Of a DNA stretch of 64,000 bases, positions 9,871-18,863 are shown one piece after another; positions within the stretch are counted from its first letter, which is position 1; each line of letters opens with the position of its first letter. Origin of the DNA: Candidatus Acidiferrales bacterium. GTDB lineage: Bacteria; Acidobacteriota; Terriglobia; Acidiferrales; UBA7541. The DNA is taken from assembly GCA_038238965.1 (NCBI GenBank), contig JBBSFG010000001.1, positions 7,554-71,553 of the forward strand, written 5' to 3'. Below the pieces are notes generated by a model. It did no database searches. It saw nothing but the letters and a program-made list of their open reading frames with translations, and had not been told where the DNA came from. The position numbers were made by a program, and so were the translations under genes.

Positions 9871-10071
9871 CCGACCCTGCCACAGCATTTTACGGCGGAC
9901 CTGGCGGCAGGGATTAATTCGTGGAACATCGAGCCGCGCCGGCTGGACCTGGAATTTGACGTTACCAATGTGGGCAACAGCATCTACCAGATCGCCAAAG
10001 AGAGCGAAGATATTCCCATCCAGTACGCGCCTTCGCGGACGGTGGGCGGAAGTTTGAAGTTTCATTTTTAG
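9871..10071 (+). pseudogene. start-less remnant of the C-terminus of a second TonB-dependent-receptor/OM barrel gene
   Basis: My translation of the open frame 9871-10071 reads ...INSWNIEPRRLDLEFDVTNVGNSIYQIAKESEDIPIQYAPSRTVGGSLKFHF*. This has the typical last barrel strands (xNxxNxxY ... PRxxxGxLxFxF) and a terminal Phe. There is no start codon or N-terminal part, and a stop lies immediately upstream at 9868. Confidence 0.5.
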
Positions 10072-10191
10072 TTTCCGCCCAGAACCCTTTCTCTAGGTTT
10101 TGCGGAGTGACTTACCTGAAGCCACGGGTGTGCCCGTTGTGTATGCGGGCTCAATTGACTTGGCGGGATGCGCAGCATAACATGAGCGGAA

Positions 10192-12828
10192 ATGACGGAT
10201 GCTCAGTCCTTTATCTGTCAAACCGTTGGACATTACCGGATCGTGGAAAAGCTCGGCGCGGGCGGCATGGGAGTGGTGTATAGGGCCCTGGACCTGAAGC
10301 TCGAGAGAACGGTAGCGTTGAAATTTCTGCCGCACGAGATGGCCGTGGATGCGGAAGACAAGGAAAGATTTCTGCGCGAGGCGCGGTCCGCGTCGGCGCT
10401 CGACAACGAAAACATCGGAGTGATTCACGGTCTGGAAGAGAGCGAAGGGGGCCAGTTGTTTATCGTGATGGCCTATTACGAGGGAGAGACGCTACAGGCA
10501 AAATTACGTCGCGGCGGATTGGCGGTGGGCGACGGAATGCAACTGGCGGTGCAAGTGGCCAAGGGGCTGGCCGCGGCGCACGCGAGAAAAATCGTTCACC
10601 GGGACATCAAGCCTTCCAACATCATCATCACACCGAACGGCGTGGCAAAGATCGTTGATTTTGGCTTGGCGCGCGCGGCAGCCACACCCAGCATGACGCA
10701 AAGCATGGCGATTGCGGGCACGCCCGCGTACATGTCGCCGGAGCAAACCGTGGGCGGAGCGGTAGACCCGCGGTCGGATGTATGGTCGCTGGGGGTGGTG
10801 ATGGTGGAGATGTTTACCGGCGTTCATCCATTTCAGCGGGACAATACGGCGGCGGTTACGTTTGCGATTTTGAATCAGCCGCCCGCCGCGGTGGACGCGG
10901 CACCCTCTTTGATTCAGCCAATTTTGTACCGCGCGTTGGCGAAAGATGCCGGGCACCGGTATTCGGACGCGGCGGAAATGTTGTCTGATCTGGAGCACGT
11001 TCGCGCTCGTATTACGGAGCAGACGGATTCAGGGGATGCCAGCGGACTCACCAAAACGTCGATTCCGACGCGAGGTCTTAGGCAATTCAAGGAACGCGCG
11101 TCGACTCCCCGGTGGGGGGTGCCCGCGAAAAAGAAAAGTGTATGGCTGTGGGTGGCAGGAATTGGCGTGGTGTTGCTGGTCGGGCTGATCCTATTGATAG
11201 CGCCGGTGCGCGAACGGCTCGCGGGAATATTCGGCGCCAAGACCGCGAAACATATCGCGGTGTTGCCCTTCGACAACATAGGGAATAATCCGTCCGATGC
11301 GGTGGTTGCGGAAGGATTGATGGATAGCCTCACAAGTAAATTGTCGAATCTGGGGACGGAGCAGGAATCGCTGTGGGTATTGCCCGCCAGCGTGGTGCGC
11401 AGCCGCAAGATCAGCGATCCCGTCGCGGCATTTCGGGAATTGGGCGCGACGCTGGTGGTCAAGGGCAGCATCCAGCGCGTAGATAGGGACGTGCGACTGA
11501 CCGTCAATTTGATCGACGCGCAAAATTTGCGGCAGATCGGGTCGGCGGCGCTGGATGATCGCACCGGCGATCTCGCGGCGTTGCAGGAAGAAGCGGTAGG
11601 GCAGCTGGCGCGGCTGATGAATGTCAGCGTGACTCCGGAGATGATTCGTACAACGGGAGGAAGCGTCGCCCCTGCGGCTTATGAGTCTTATCTGAAGGCC
11701 CTCGGTTACATACAGAGGTACGACAAGCCGGGCAACCTGAAATTGGCTATCGATGCATTCGAGTCTTCGGTGCAGACGGATCCGCACTTCGCGCTGGGGT
11801 TTGGCGGGCTGGGCGAGGCTTACCGCCTGAAATATCAAACGGAAAAGGATGCCAAGTGGATCGACGAGGCGCTGGCGAACTGTAAGCGCGCGTTGGAACT
11901 GCAGGGCCGGCTGCCGTCGGTATATGTGACTCTTGGAAGGGTTCACGATGCGACGGGCAAGGCGGATCTGGCGGTACAGGAGTTTCAACATGCGCTGGGA
12001 CTGGACCCTCGCAATGCCGAAGCACTGAATGGCTTGGCGCACACCTATGAAAATGCCGGGCGGACGAAAGACGCGGAGGCGGCTTTCCGGCGCGTGGTTG
12101 CGATGCGGCCGGATTATTGGGACGGATACAACACGCTGGCTTTGTATTACGACCGGCAGCGGCGGTTTGACGAAGCGATAACGCAATTGCGCAAGGCGCA
12201 GGAACTGACTCCCGACAACGCACAATTATATTTCAACATGGGCGCGATTTATCTGGATACCGGTGACGAGAAAAAACGGCCCGAAGCGGAGAAGGCGCTT
12301 AGAAAATCAATTGCGTTGAATCCCACGTATGCCGCGTACGCCAATTTAGGATTTCTGTTTTTGCAGGAGAAACGATTTACCGAGGCTGTGAAAATGATGG
12401 AGCAGGCGCTGCAGCAGAATGATAAGGATTACATTGTGTGGGATAACCTGGCGGTGGCTTACGAGTGGCTGAAGGAGAAGGACAAGTCCGCCGCGGCGCG
12501 CGAACGGGAGCTGGCATTGCTGGAGGGATCGGCCGGAGCAACTGATCGGGATGCCCAAGTTCAGTCGGTGCTGGGGGTTTTGTATGCGCAGAAAAAAATG
12601 CGTGACAAAGCACTGGCACGGGTGCAAGCTGCGCTGGCGCTGTCACCCGATGACCCCGGTGTGCTTGCTAACGTCGGCGAGGCTTACGAGGATTTGGGCG
12701 AACGGCGAGAAGCCATAAAGTTCATTGAACAAAGCATGAAAAAAGGCACGGCGATAGAAGATCTGAGGGCGAATCCTGCCTTACAAGACTTGCTTTCCAA
12801 CACGAACTTTCGGCCTCCATCGAAATAG
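10192..12828 (+). CDS. Ser/Thr protein kinase with one TM, a TolB-N-like module and C-terminal TPR repeats
   Basis: 878 aa. Motifs: GAGGMGVVYRA, VALK, HRDIKPSNIII, DFGLAR, GTPAYMSPE. A TM is at WLWVAGIGVVLLVGLILLIAP. Multiple TPR-like repeats occupy the C-terminal half. Confidence 0.9.
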   Translation: MTDAQSFICQTVGHYRIVEKLGAGGMGVVYRALDLKLERTVALKFLPHEMAVDAEDKERFLREARSASALDNENIGVIHGLEESEGGQLFIVMAYYEGETLQAKLRRGGLAVGDGMQLAVQVAKGLAAAHARKIVHRDIKPSNIIITPNGVAKIVDFGLARAAATPSMTQSMAIAGTPAYMSPEQTVGGAVDPRSDVWSLGVVMVEMFTGVHPFQRDNTAAVTFAILNQPPAAVDAAPSLIQPILYRALAKDAGHRYSDAAEMLSDLEHVRARITEQTDSGDASGLTKTSIPTRGLRQFKERASTPRWGVPAKKKSVWLWVAGIGVVLLVGLILLIAPVRERLAGIFGAKTAKHIAVLPFDNIGNNPSDAVVAEGLMDSLTSKLSNLGTEQESLWVLPASVVRSRKISDPVAAFRELGATLVVKGSIQRVDRDVRLTVNLIDAQNLRQIGSAALDDRTGDLAALQEEAVGQLARLMNVSVTPEMIRTTGGSVAPAAYESYLKALGYIQRYDKPGNLKLAIDAFESSVQTDPHFALGFGGLGEAYRLKYQTEKDAKWIDEALANCKRALELQGRLPSVYVTLGRVHDATGKADLAVQEFQHALGLDPRNAEALNGLAHTYENAGRTKDAEAAFRRVVAMRPDYWDGYNTLALYYDRQRRFDEAITQLRKAQELTPDNAQLYFNMGAIYLDTGDEKKRPEAEKALRKSIALNPTYAAYANLGFLFLQEKRFTEAVKMMEQALQQNDKDYIVWDNLAVAYEWLKEKDKSAAARERELALLEGSAGATDRDAQVQSVLGVLYAQKKMRDKALARVQAALALSPDDPGVLANVGEAYEDLGERREAIKFIEQSMKKGTAIEDLRANPALQDLLSNTNFRPPSK

Positions 12829-12842
12829 AGAAGGAGAACTAA

Positions 12843-13073
12843 ATGGCACAACCGGCCCGGGCACCGCTGGACAGCGCGGACAACAAGATCACCATCAATG
12901 CGGACGGTACCTACAGCCCCAGCAGCATCAGCATTAATAACGGGGGTGTGGCGAAGTTCGAAGTCACGTATCCGACGGGGATGGGGGTATGCAACGTTGC
13001 AATCGGAGGCATCACCTTCTCCGCTGCCGACCCTGATGATACCACCGGCGGAACGGTGAAAATCGGATCGTAA
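12843..13073 (+). CDS. hypothetical small protein (76 aa, beta-rich, no signal peptide)
   Basis: The ATG lies 14 nt after the kinase stop and has a strong RBS (AGAAGGAGAACTAAATG). A strong hairpin follows it. I recognise no family. Confidence 0.55.
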   Translation: MAQPARAPLDSADNKITINADGTYSPSSISINNGGVAKFEVTYPTGMGVCNVAIGGITFSAADPDDTTGGTVKIGS

Positions 13074-13077
13074 TTCG

Positions 13078-13101
13078 CCGGTCGCTCGAATGAGCGCCCG
13101 G
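13078..13101 (+). terminator. stem-loop downstream of the 76-aa ORF (10-bp stem with 1 mismatch, GAAT loop, no U-tract)
   Basis: The sequence ccggtcgctc-gaat-gagcgcccgg begins 5 nt after the stop codon. Confidence 0.35.
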
Positions 13102-13305
13102 TGCACGAATGGCCCGTTCCACGCAGGTTTTCTGGGTGGAGCGGGCCATAGGTTTTTTGCGAGGTTCGCGGCGTACATTCCACACGGTTGCTACACATGT
13201 TTGACCGTGTTGTGTGAGTGCCCTAGAATCGCAATGTGGTTCTGCGCACTGTTTACGCAACGTGCGTGCCCAGCCTGAATTCTAATCCGGTTATCGAGCG
13301 GGAAA

Positions 13306-14649
13306 ATGTTTGAAAATTTAACAGAAAAATTACAGCGCACGTTCAAAAACCTTCGCGGACAGGGAAAGCTGACAGAGGAGCATCTGGACGCGGCCCTGGT
13401 GGAGATTCGCGAGGCGTTGCTGGAAGGCGACGTAAATGTGGGCGTGGCCGACGAACTGCTGAAGAACATTCGCGAGAAATCGATCGGCAGCGAAGTGATG
13501 ATGCAGCTTTCGCCGGACCAGCAAGTGGTCAAGTCGGTGCGCGACGAATTGACCACCATGCTGGGGAAACATGCCAAGCCGCTGTTTGCGTCCAAGCCGC
13601 CATCGGTGTGGATGATCGTGGGATTGCAGGGGTCCGGGAAAACCACAACGACAGGAAAGCTGGCGAAGTGGCTGGCGCTGCACGGTCACCGGCCGCTGGT
13701 GGTGTCGACGGACGTGTACCGACCTGCGGCGCGCGAGCAACTGGCGCAGGTGGCCAAAGCGGTGGGCACGGCGATCTGGCCGGGCGCGGGCACGGACAAG
13801 CCGATGGAAATTGTGAAGGGCGCGATTAAAGAGGCCAAGCTTTCCGCCAGCGACGTGATCCTGGTGGACACCGCGGGGCGACTACATATTGATGATTCGT
13901 TGATGAGCGAGTTAAGCACGTTGAAGAAGGAACTGAATCCCAGCGAAATACTTTTCATCGCGGATGCCATGATCGGGCAGGACGCGGTGCGGTCGGCGGG
14001 AGAATTTCACAAGCGGCTGGGCCTGACGGGCGTGATCTTAACTAAGCTGGATGGCGATGCGCGCGGAGGGGCGGCGCTTTCGATCGGGAAAGTGACGGGC
14101 GCGCCGGTGAAGTTTGTGGGGCTGGGCGAAAAATACGACGCGCTGGAAGGATTCTATCCCGAGCGCATCGTGTCGCGCGTGCTGGGAATGGGCGACATCA
14201 TGTCGCTGATCGAGCGCGCCGAACAGGCGGTGGACAAAAAAGCGGCGGCGGAGCTGGAACGCAAGCTGCGGCATGAGGGTTTCACGCTGGAAGATTTTCG
14301 CGATCAACTCAAGCAAATTCGCAAGATGGGTCCGCTGGAGCAGTTGGTGGACATGTTGCCGAAGGTCGGTCCGCTGCAAAGTTTGCCGAAAGACGCGAAG
14401 GTGGACGAGGGCAAGCTGAAACAGGTGGAAGCCATCATCGGCTCGATGACCAACCAGGAGCGCCGGGATCACAGCGTGATCGACGGAAAACGGCGCAAGC
14501 GGATTGCCGCGGGCAGTGGCACGACGGTGCAGGACGTGAATCAGGTGATCAAGCAATACATGCAGATGCGGCAGATGATGAAGCAGTACGGAGCGATGGC
14601 GGCGCGGAGCAAGATGAAGGGGTTGGGGAAGTTGGCGGGGTTGTCGTAG
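13306..14649 (+). CDS. ffh: signal recognition particle protein Ffh
   Basis: 447 aa. It has the N/G domain with GLQGSGKTTTTGKLA, DTAGR and TKLDGDARGG, plus a Met-rich M domain (...QYMQMRQMMKQYGAM...). Confidence 0.95.
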   Translation: MFENLTEKLQRTFKNLRGQGKLTEEHLDAALVEIREALLEGDVNVGVADELLKNIREKSIGSEVMMQLSPDQQVVKSVRDELTTMLGKHAKPLFASKPPSVWMIVGLQGSGKTTTTGKLAKWLALHGHRPLVVSTDVYRPAAREQLAQVAKAVGTAIWPGAGTDKPMEIVKGAIKEAKLSASDVILVDTAGRLHIDDSLMSELSTLKKELNPSEILFIADAMIGQDAVRSAGEFHKRLGLTGVILTKLDGDARGGAALSIGKVTGAPVKFVGLGEKYDALEGFYPERIVSRVLGMGDIMSLIERAEQAVDKKAAAELERKLRHEGFTLEDFRDQLKQIRKMGPLEQLVDMLPKVGPLQSLPKDAKVDEGKLKQVEAIIGSMTNQERRDHSVIDGKRRKRIAAGSGTTVQDVNQVIKQYMQMRQMMKQYGAMAARSKMKGLGKLAGLS

Positions 14650-14893
14650 GTGCAATAGATGTTTGAGACAGTCGAAAACCGACGATTGAGACCGATGCGG
14701 ACGTTTGGAACCGTGTCTGTGCCGGGGACGCGGGCGGGGGCGATTGTTTCGATTGGGTGAGTGGCGATTGCCTGGATTGCGATTCCTGTGGCGCGGTTAT
14801 TTCTATTGGGGACGGGTGGGTTTGGATTGGTTGTCGGGTTGATTTTGTGGCGGAGACACAACCGCGAGTAACAACGACACAAAAACCCTCGTC

Positions 14894-15781
14894 CTATCGC
14901 AATTTGCAACCAATTCTAGAAAATTGATGCGAAAAATAAATATATTCAGGTCGCGCGCGTATCTCCTCAGGAGTAACTGTCCCGAATTCGGGAAAGCGAC
15001 TATCGTAGCTGTTTGAAAGATTATCCCCAACGACAAAAAAAGTATGAGTCGGAACTTTTACTGCGGAGAAGTCCGGCAGTTCCGTATTTTGTTTAGCTCC
15101 TGAAAATGGATGCCCGCACAATTCAGGAGCCTTGAGTGCAGTTCCATTCACTAAGACTTGGCCATGCTCGCCCGGTTCGATCAGATCTCCTTCCACACCG
15201 ATAACTCTCTTAATTAACAAATTTTGAATCGATGAGTGTGCGAGCATAATCAGGTCTCCGCGTTGCGGAGTTTTGTGCCTATAGGCGCTCATATCGGCTA
15301 CGATTCGCTCGCCAACACAGATCGTGGGGCACATCGACGCGGAAGGAACGGAGAACGCTCTGGACGCTGGAGCCCAACGGAGATAGGGGTCCGTACTGGG
15401 AAGAATGTTGAAGAAAAGTACAATTATTACGACTAACGTGAAAGACAATCCTGGCCGTTTGAAGCCGGGCTCAGGCTTACGTCCTTTCCACGAGAAACGA
15501 ATTGCATCGACGACGATATAGATTCGCCAGCTTATAGAAATTAACAGCAAAGGTAGCAAGCCCCAGAAAGAGAGCGGCAGTATCGTTCCAAAGGCCAGAG
15601 CAATCAATGGAGCAGTGAAGGCCATCGCGAGACCTTTACGTGGCTGGCGGTTATAGACCTGCCCTAAACCTGGAAAAATCAAACTCAACAAGAATGCGAT
15701 TGTGGTTTGCTTGGCACGTGAGTGTGGCTTCACCGATATCGTGCTAGGCGCGTCATCTCTCAGACTTAGTTGCGTCATCAT
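14894..15781 (-). CDS. S26 signal-peptidase-I-like protein with an extra N-terminal multi-TM domain
   Basis: 295 aa. S26 boxes: SASMCPT (Ser), LIKRVIGVEGD (Lys), VVGDNLSNSYDSRF. The N-terminal 130 aa hold about 3 TM helices (FPGLGQVYNRQ motif). GC is markedly lower than in the neighbours by eye. The ATG overlaps the upstream gene's stop as ATGA. Confidence 0.8.
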   Translation of the reverse strand: MMTQLSLRDDAPSTISVKPHSRAKQTTIAFLLSLIFPGLGQVYNRQPRKGLAMAFTAPLIALAFGTILPLSFWGLLPLLLISISWRIYIVVDAIRFSWKGRKPEPGFKRPGLSFTLVVIIVLFFNILPSTDPYLRWAPASRAFSVPSASMCPTICVGERIVADMSAYRHKTPQRGDLIMLAHSSIQNLLIKRVIGVEGDLIEPGEHGQVLVNGTALKAPELCGHPFSGAKQNTELPDFSAVKVPTHTFFVVGDNLSNSYDSRFPEFGTVTPEEIRARPEYIYFSHQFSRIGCKLR

Positions 15782-17037
15782 TTCGCACCTGTAAGGAAAA
15801 GGTCGGCGATTTGGAGGGCTTGGGATTCGGGGATGAGGTCGGTGCGGTTGCAGAGGATGATGATGGTTGTGTCGGTGAGCGCGTTGTTTGTGGCGGCGTT
15901 ATTTTTTGTGAAGCGGACGATGTAGGAGCGAAAGCCTTGGGTTTCGCCGTAGTGCCATGTGCGGGAGTGGTTTTTATAAGGGTCGAGGAACCAGCCGAAG
16001 CCGTAGAGGGCGGGGCTGCCTGCGGGGCGGTCGGAGTTGGCGGGCCAGACTGGTTGGTGGCCGTCGGGAAATACAAAGGGAGTTAGCGCGGGTTGCATTT
16101 CTTCTTTGCTGAGTAGTTGGTTGGTGCGCAAGGCTTCATCCCATTTTGCTAAATCTTCCAGCGAGGAGTAGATGCCGCCGTCACCTAGCGTGGCGGAGGT
16201 GGGGCTTTGGTCGGTTTGCTGCCAGCGGTTCCCTTCTTTGGTGTGGCCGTAGGCGCGATTGGTGATTTGGTTTTTGCCCTGCTGGTAGGCGACGGTGTGG
16301 TCCATTTTCAGCGGCGTGAAAATGCGTTGCTGCAAAAATTCGCGGAAGGGTTGGCCGGAGATTTTGGCGACGACCAGTCCGAGGACTACGTAGCCGGAAT
16401 TGCTGTAATACCACCGGGTGCCGGGCGGGAACATGGCGTGATCGGTTTGTTCGAGAAGAGTTAAGACTTCGGCATCCTGGATTTGGTTTTTCTCGGACCA
16501 ATGATGCGGGAATGGATAAGTGGAATTGGGCGCGTCGGCCTGGCCCATTAGGGATTCGTAGTCTTGCAGGCCTCCGGTGTGATTCAAGAGATTGCGGATG
16601 GTGATGGATTTTCCGTAGGCGGGGAAATTCGGGAAGATGTCGGTGAGGGTCTGGTCGTAGCGGAGTTTGCGGTCGTGGACGAGGAGCATGGTGGCCATGG
16701 CGGTGAATTGTTTGGAGCAGGAGGCCAGGCGGAAATTGGTGTGCGGGTCGATTTTTTCGGCGGATTGCAGGTCGCGGAGGCCGTAGCCGCGTTCGAAAAG
16801 TTTTTTGCCGTCTTTGAGGACCAGGACGGCGAGGCCGGGGGAGTGTTCGGTGACGAGCGGCGCGAAGATGGCGTCGATTTTCGGCGTCAGAATTCGCGGA
16901 TCCGTCGATTGCTGGGGAGATTGCGTTGGCCGGTTGATTTGGGCGCCCGCTGTGAATGTTTTTAGCATGGAAACGGTGGCAAAGAGCGCGACACATAGTA
17001 TCGCCAAGTGGGCGGGTGCGGTGATTTGTTGCGGCAT
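15778..17037 (-). CDS. serine hydrolase, beta-lactamase/PBP4* fold (class C-like)
   Basis: Motifs SCSKQFTA (SxxK) and YSNSGY (YxN). The signal peptide MPQQITAPAHLAILCVALFATVSMLKTFTAGAQ starts at the internal ATG 17037. The track ORF extends to 17121. Confidence 0.85.
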   Translation of the reverse strand: MPQQITAPAHLAILCVALFATVSMLKTFTAGAQINRPTQSPQQSTDPRILTPKIDAIFAPLVTEHSPGLAVLVLKDGKKLFERGYGLRDLQSAEKIDPHTNFRLASCSKQFTAMATMLLVHDRKLRYDQTLTDIFPNFPAYGKSITIRNLLNHTGGLQDYESLMGQADAPNSTYPFPHHWSEKNQIQDAEVLTLLEQTDHAMFPPGTRWYYSNSGYVVLGLVVAKISGQPFREFLQQRIFTPLKMDHTVAYQQGKNQITNRAYGHTKEGNRWQQTDQSPTSATLGDGGIYSSLEDLAKWDEALRTNQLLSKEEMQPALTPFVFPDGHQPVWPANSDRPAGSPALYGFGWFLDPYKNHSRTWHYGETQGFRSYIVRFTKNNAATNNALTDTTIIILCNRTDLIPESQALQIADLFLTGAK

Positions 17038-17279
17038 CGGCGGTCGATGATACTCCTTCACGCGGTGATGAGAACTTACGTCAGGCGTAGGGCGTCTTTT
17101 GCCGGATGGAGAGCGTAACATCGCCCTGGCCTTCGTTCATCTATTTGTGGTCCATACCGTGCAGTGTCCGTATCTTCATGCAAATAATTTAACGAGCGGG
17201 GCGCAAAGAAAGCCGCTATTATTTCGGTCCGTCTGGGCCGCCCTGGTGACCGAGTCGGGCGGAGTTGAAGGGGTGACGT

Positions 17280-18662
17280 TTGAAGTATGACCTGATCGTG
17301 ATTGGTTCTGGGCCGGGCGGGCAGCGCGCCGCGATTCAGGCGTCGAAGGCCGGGAAGCGCGTGGCCATTGTCGAAAAACAATCGGCAGTGGGCGGGGTAT
17401 GCATCAACACGGGGACGATTCCGAGCAAAACGATGCGCGAGGCGGTGCTGCATCTTTCGGGATTTTACGACAAGAATTTTTATGGGGTGAGCCGCAGCAA
17501 CAGCAACGAACCGGTGGCCATGGCGGATTTGAACTTCCGGGTGCAGCACGTGGTGGAAAACGAAGTCAGCGTGATCCAGGATCAACTGAAACGCAATGGA
17601 GTGACGCTGCTGCACGGGACAGGCAGTTTCCGGGACGCGCACCACATCCGGGTGCAAAACAGCAACAGCGTCGGGGAATTTGAAGCCGACTTTATCGTGC
17701 TGGCGACGGGAACGAAGCCGGCGGTGAACGCGAATGTGCCGATTAACGGGCGGAACATTATCAGCAGCGATCAGATTTTGAGCATGCCGCAGATTCCGAG
17801 AACGCTGATCGTGGTGGGCGGCGGAGTGATCGGTGTGGAGTATGCCTGCATGTTCGCGACGCTGGGCGTGCGCGTGATCATTGTGGAGAAGCGGCCGCGA
17901 CTTCTGGAGTTTGCGGATACGGAAATGGTGGAAGCCTTGATGTACCACCTGCGCGATCATCGCGCGACGCTGCGGCTGAACGAAGAAGTAGAGAGCGTGG
18001 AGGAATTGCCGGACGGAAAGGTAGCCGCCAACCTGGTGAGCAAGAAACGGGTGCTGGCCGATGCGCTGCTGTACGCGGTGGGGCGGCATGGAAATGTCGA
18101 GGGGCTGAATCTGGAAGCGGCGAACATCGCGTCGGATGACCGGGGGCGGATCGAGGTGGACGCCGATTTTCGAACCACGCAGCCGCATATTTTTGCGGTG
18201 GGAGATGTGATCGGGTTTCCGAGTCTGGCGTCGGTATCGATGGAACAGGGACGAATCGCGAGCGCGCGGGCGTTTGGGTTGCCTGTGCACAGCGATCCGG
18301 CAGGATATCCGTACGGGATTTATACCATTCCGCAGATTTCGTTTATCGGGAAGACGGAGGAACAGCTTACCGAGGCGGATGTCCCTTATGAGGTGGGAGT
18401 GGCATATTACCGGGAAATCGCACGTGGGCAGATCAGCGGGCACACGGAAGGCCGGTTGAAACTCTTGTTTCACCGGGAGACGCTGGAGCTTTTGGGCGTG
18501 CACATTTTTGGGGAGGATGCGGCGGAGTTGTTGCACATCGGGCAGGCGGTATTTTTGTTGAAGGGCAAAGTGACGTATTTCGTGAATACGGTTTTTAATT
18601 ATCCAACGCTGGCGGAGTGTTACAAGACTGCAGCGTTTAATGGGTTGAACCGATTGCAGTAG
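17280..18662 (+). CDS. sthA: soluble pyridine nucleotide transhydrogenase (Si-specific)
   Basis: 460 aa with a TTG start. It has GSGPGG and GGVCINTGTIPSK, where the second redox Cys of lipoamide dehydrogenases is replaced, as in SthA. The C-terminus ...LKLLFHRETLELLGVHIFGEDAAELLHIGQAV...FVNTVFNYPTLAECYKTAAFNGLNRL closely follows my recollection of E. coli SthA. Confidence 0.88.
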   Translation: MKYDLIVIGSGPGGQRAAIQASKAGKRVAIVEKQSAVGGVCINTGTIPSKTMREAVLHLSGFYDKNFYGVSRSNSNEPVAMADLNFRVQHVVENEVSVIQDQLKRNGVTLLHGTGSFRDAHHIRVQNSNSVGEFEADFIVLATGTKPAVNANVPINGRNIISSDQILSMPQIPRTLIVVGGGVIGVEYACMFATLGVRVIIVEKRPRLLEFADTEMVEALMYHLRDHRATLRLNEEVESVEELPDGKVAANLVSKKRVLADALLYAVGRHGNVEGLNLEAANIASDDRGRIEVDADFRTTQPHIFAVGDVIGFPSLASVSMEQGRIASARAFGLPVHSDPAGYPYGIYTIPQISFIGKTEEQLTEADVPYEVGVAYYREIARGQISGHTEGRLKLLFHRETLELLGVHIFGEDAAELLHIGQAVFLLKGKVTYFVNTVFNYPTLAECYKTAAFNGLNRLQ

Positions 18663-18706
18663 GCTTTTCCTAAGTCCGCCCGATTAGGTCTGGGCGGTCC
18701 CGCCTT

Positions 18707-18757
18707 AAAATCCCCACCCTCATAAACCCACGGTGGGGCACCCAGCCGTAGGATTTT
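18707..18757 (+). repeat. type-A intergenic hairpin repeat (AAAATCC-CCCCACC-loop-GGTGGGG-CACCC...GGATTTT)
   Basis: The stem pairs CCCCACC (18712-18718) with GGTGGGG (18732-18738), followed by GCACCC. Related copies are at 22039-22068 and 24876-24915. A second hairpin, CCGCCC/GGGCGG, lies at 18676-18697. Confidence 0.6.
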
Positions 18758-18863
18758 TAGCGAACGGATACAACTGAGGCGCGACTTTTTCGGGTGGGTA
18801 AACGGCGATTGCTGCACAGCGGGTTGGCAGGCTATGATTGAGGGCTTACGGAGGCGTGACTTA

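Noticed and set aside
14541-14909. A 122-aa minus-strand ORF spanning the ffh 3' end and the downstream spacer.
   Set aside because: It overlaps the ffh coding sequence antisense, its composition is unremarkable, and it has no motifs.
17076-18536. A 486-aa minus-strand ORF antisense to sthA. Similar long shadow ORFs occur at 11191..12225-, 19582..20861-, 22054..23121-, 35351..36184-, 42053..42694-, 47097..48149+ and 61077..61997-.
   Set aside because: Their translations are Arg/Pro/His-rich and low in complexity. Each is fully overlapped by an ORF with clear family motifs. This is the typical open-antisense-frame artefact of high-GC DNA.
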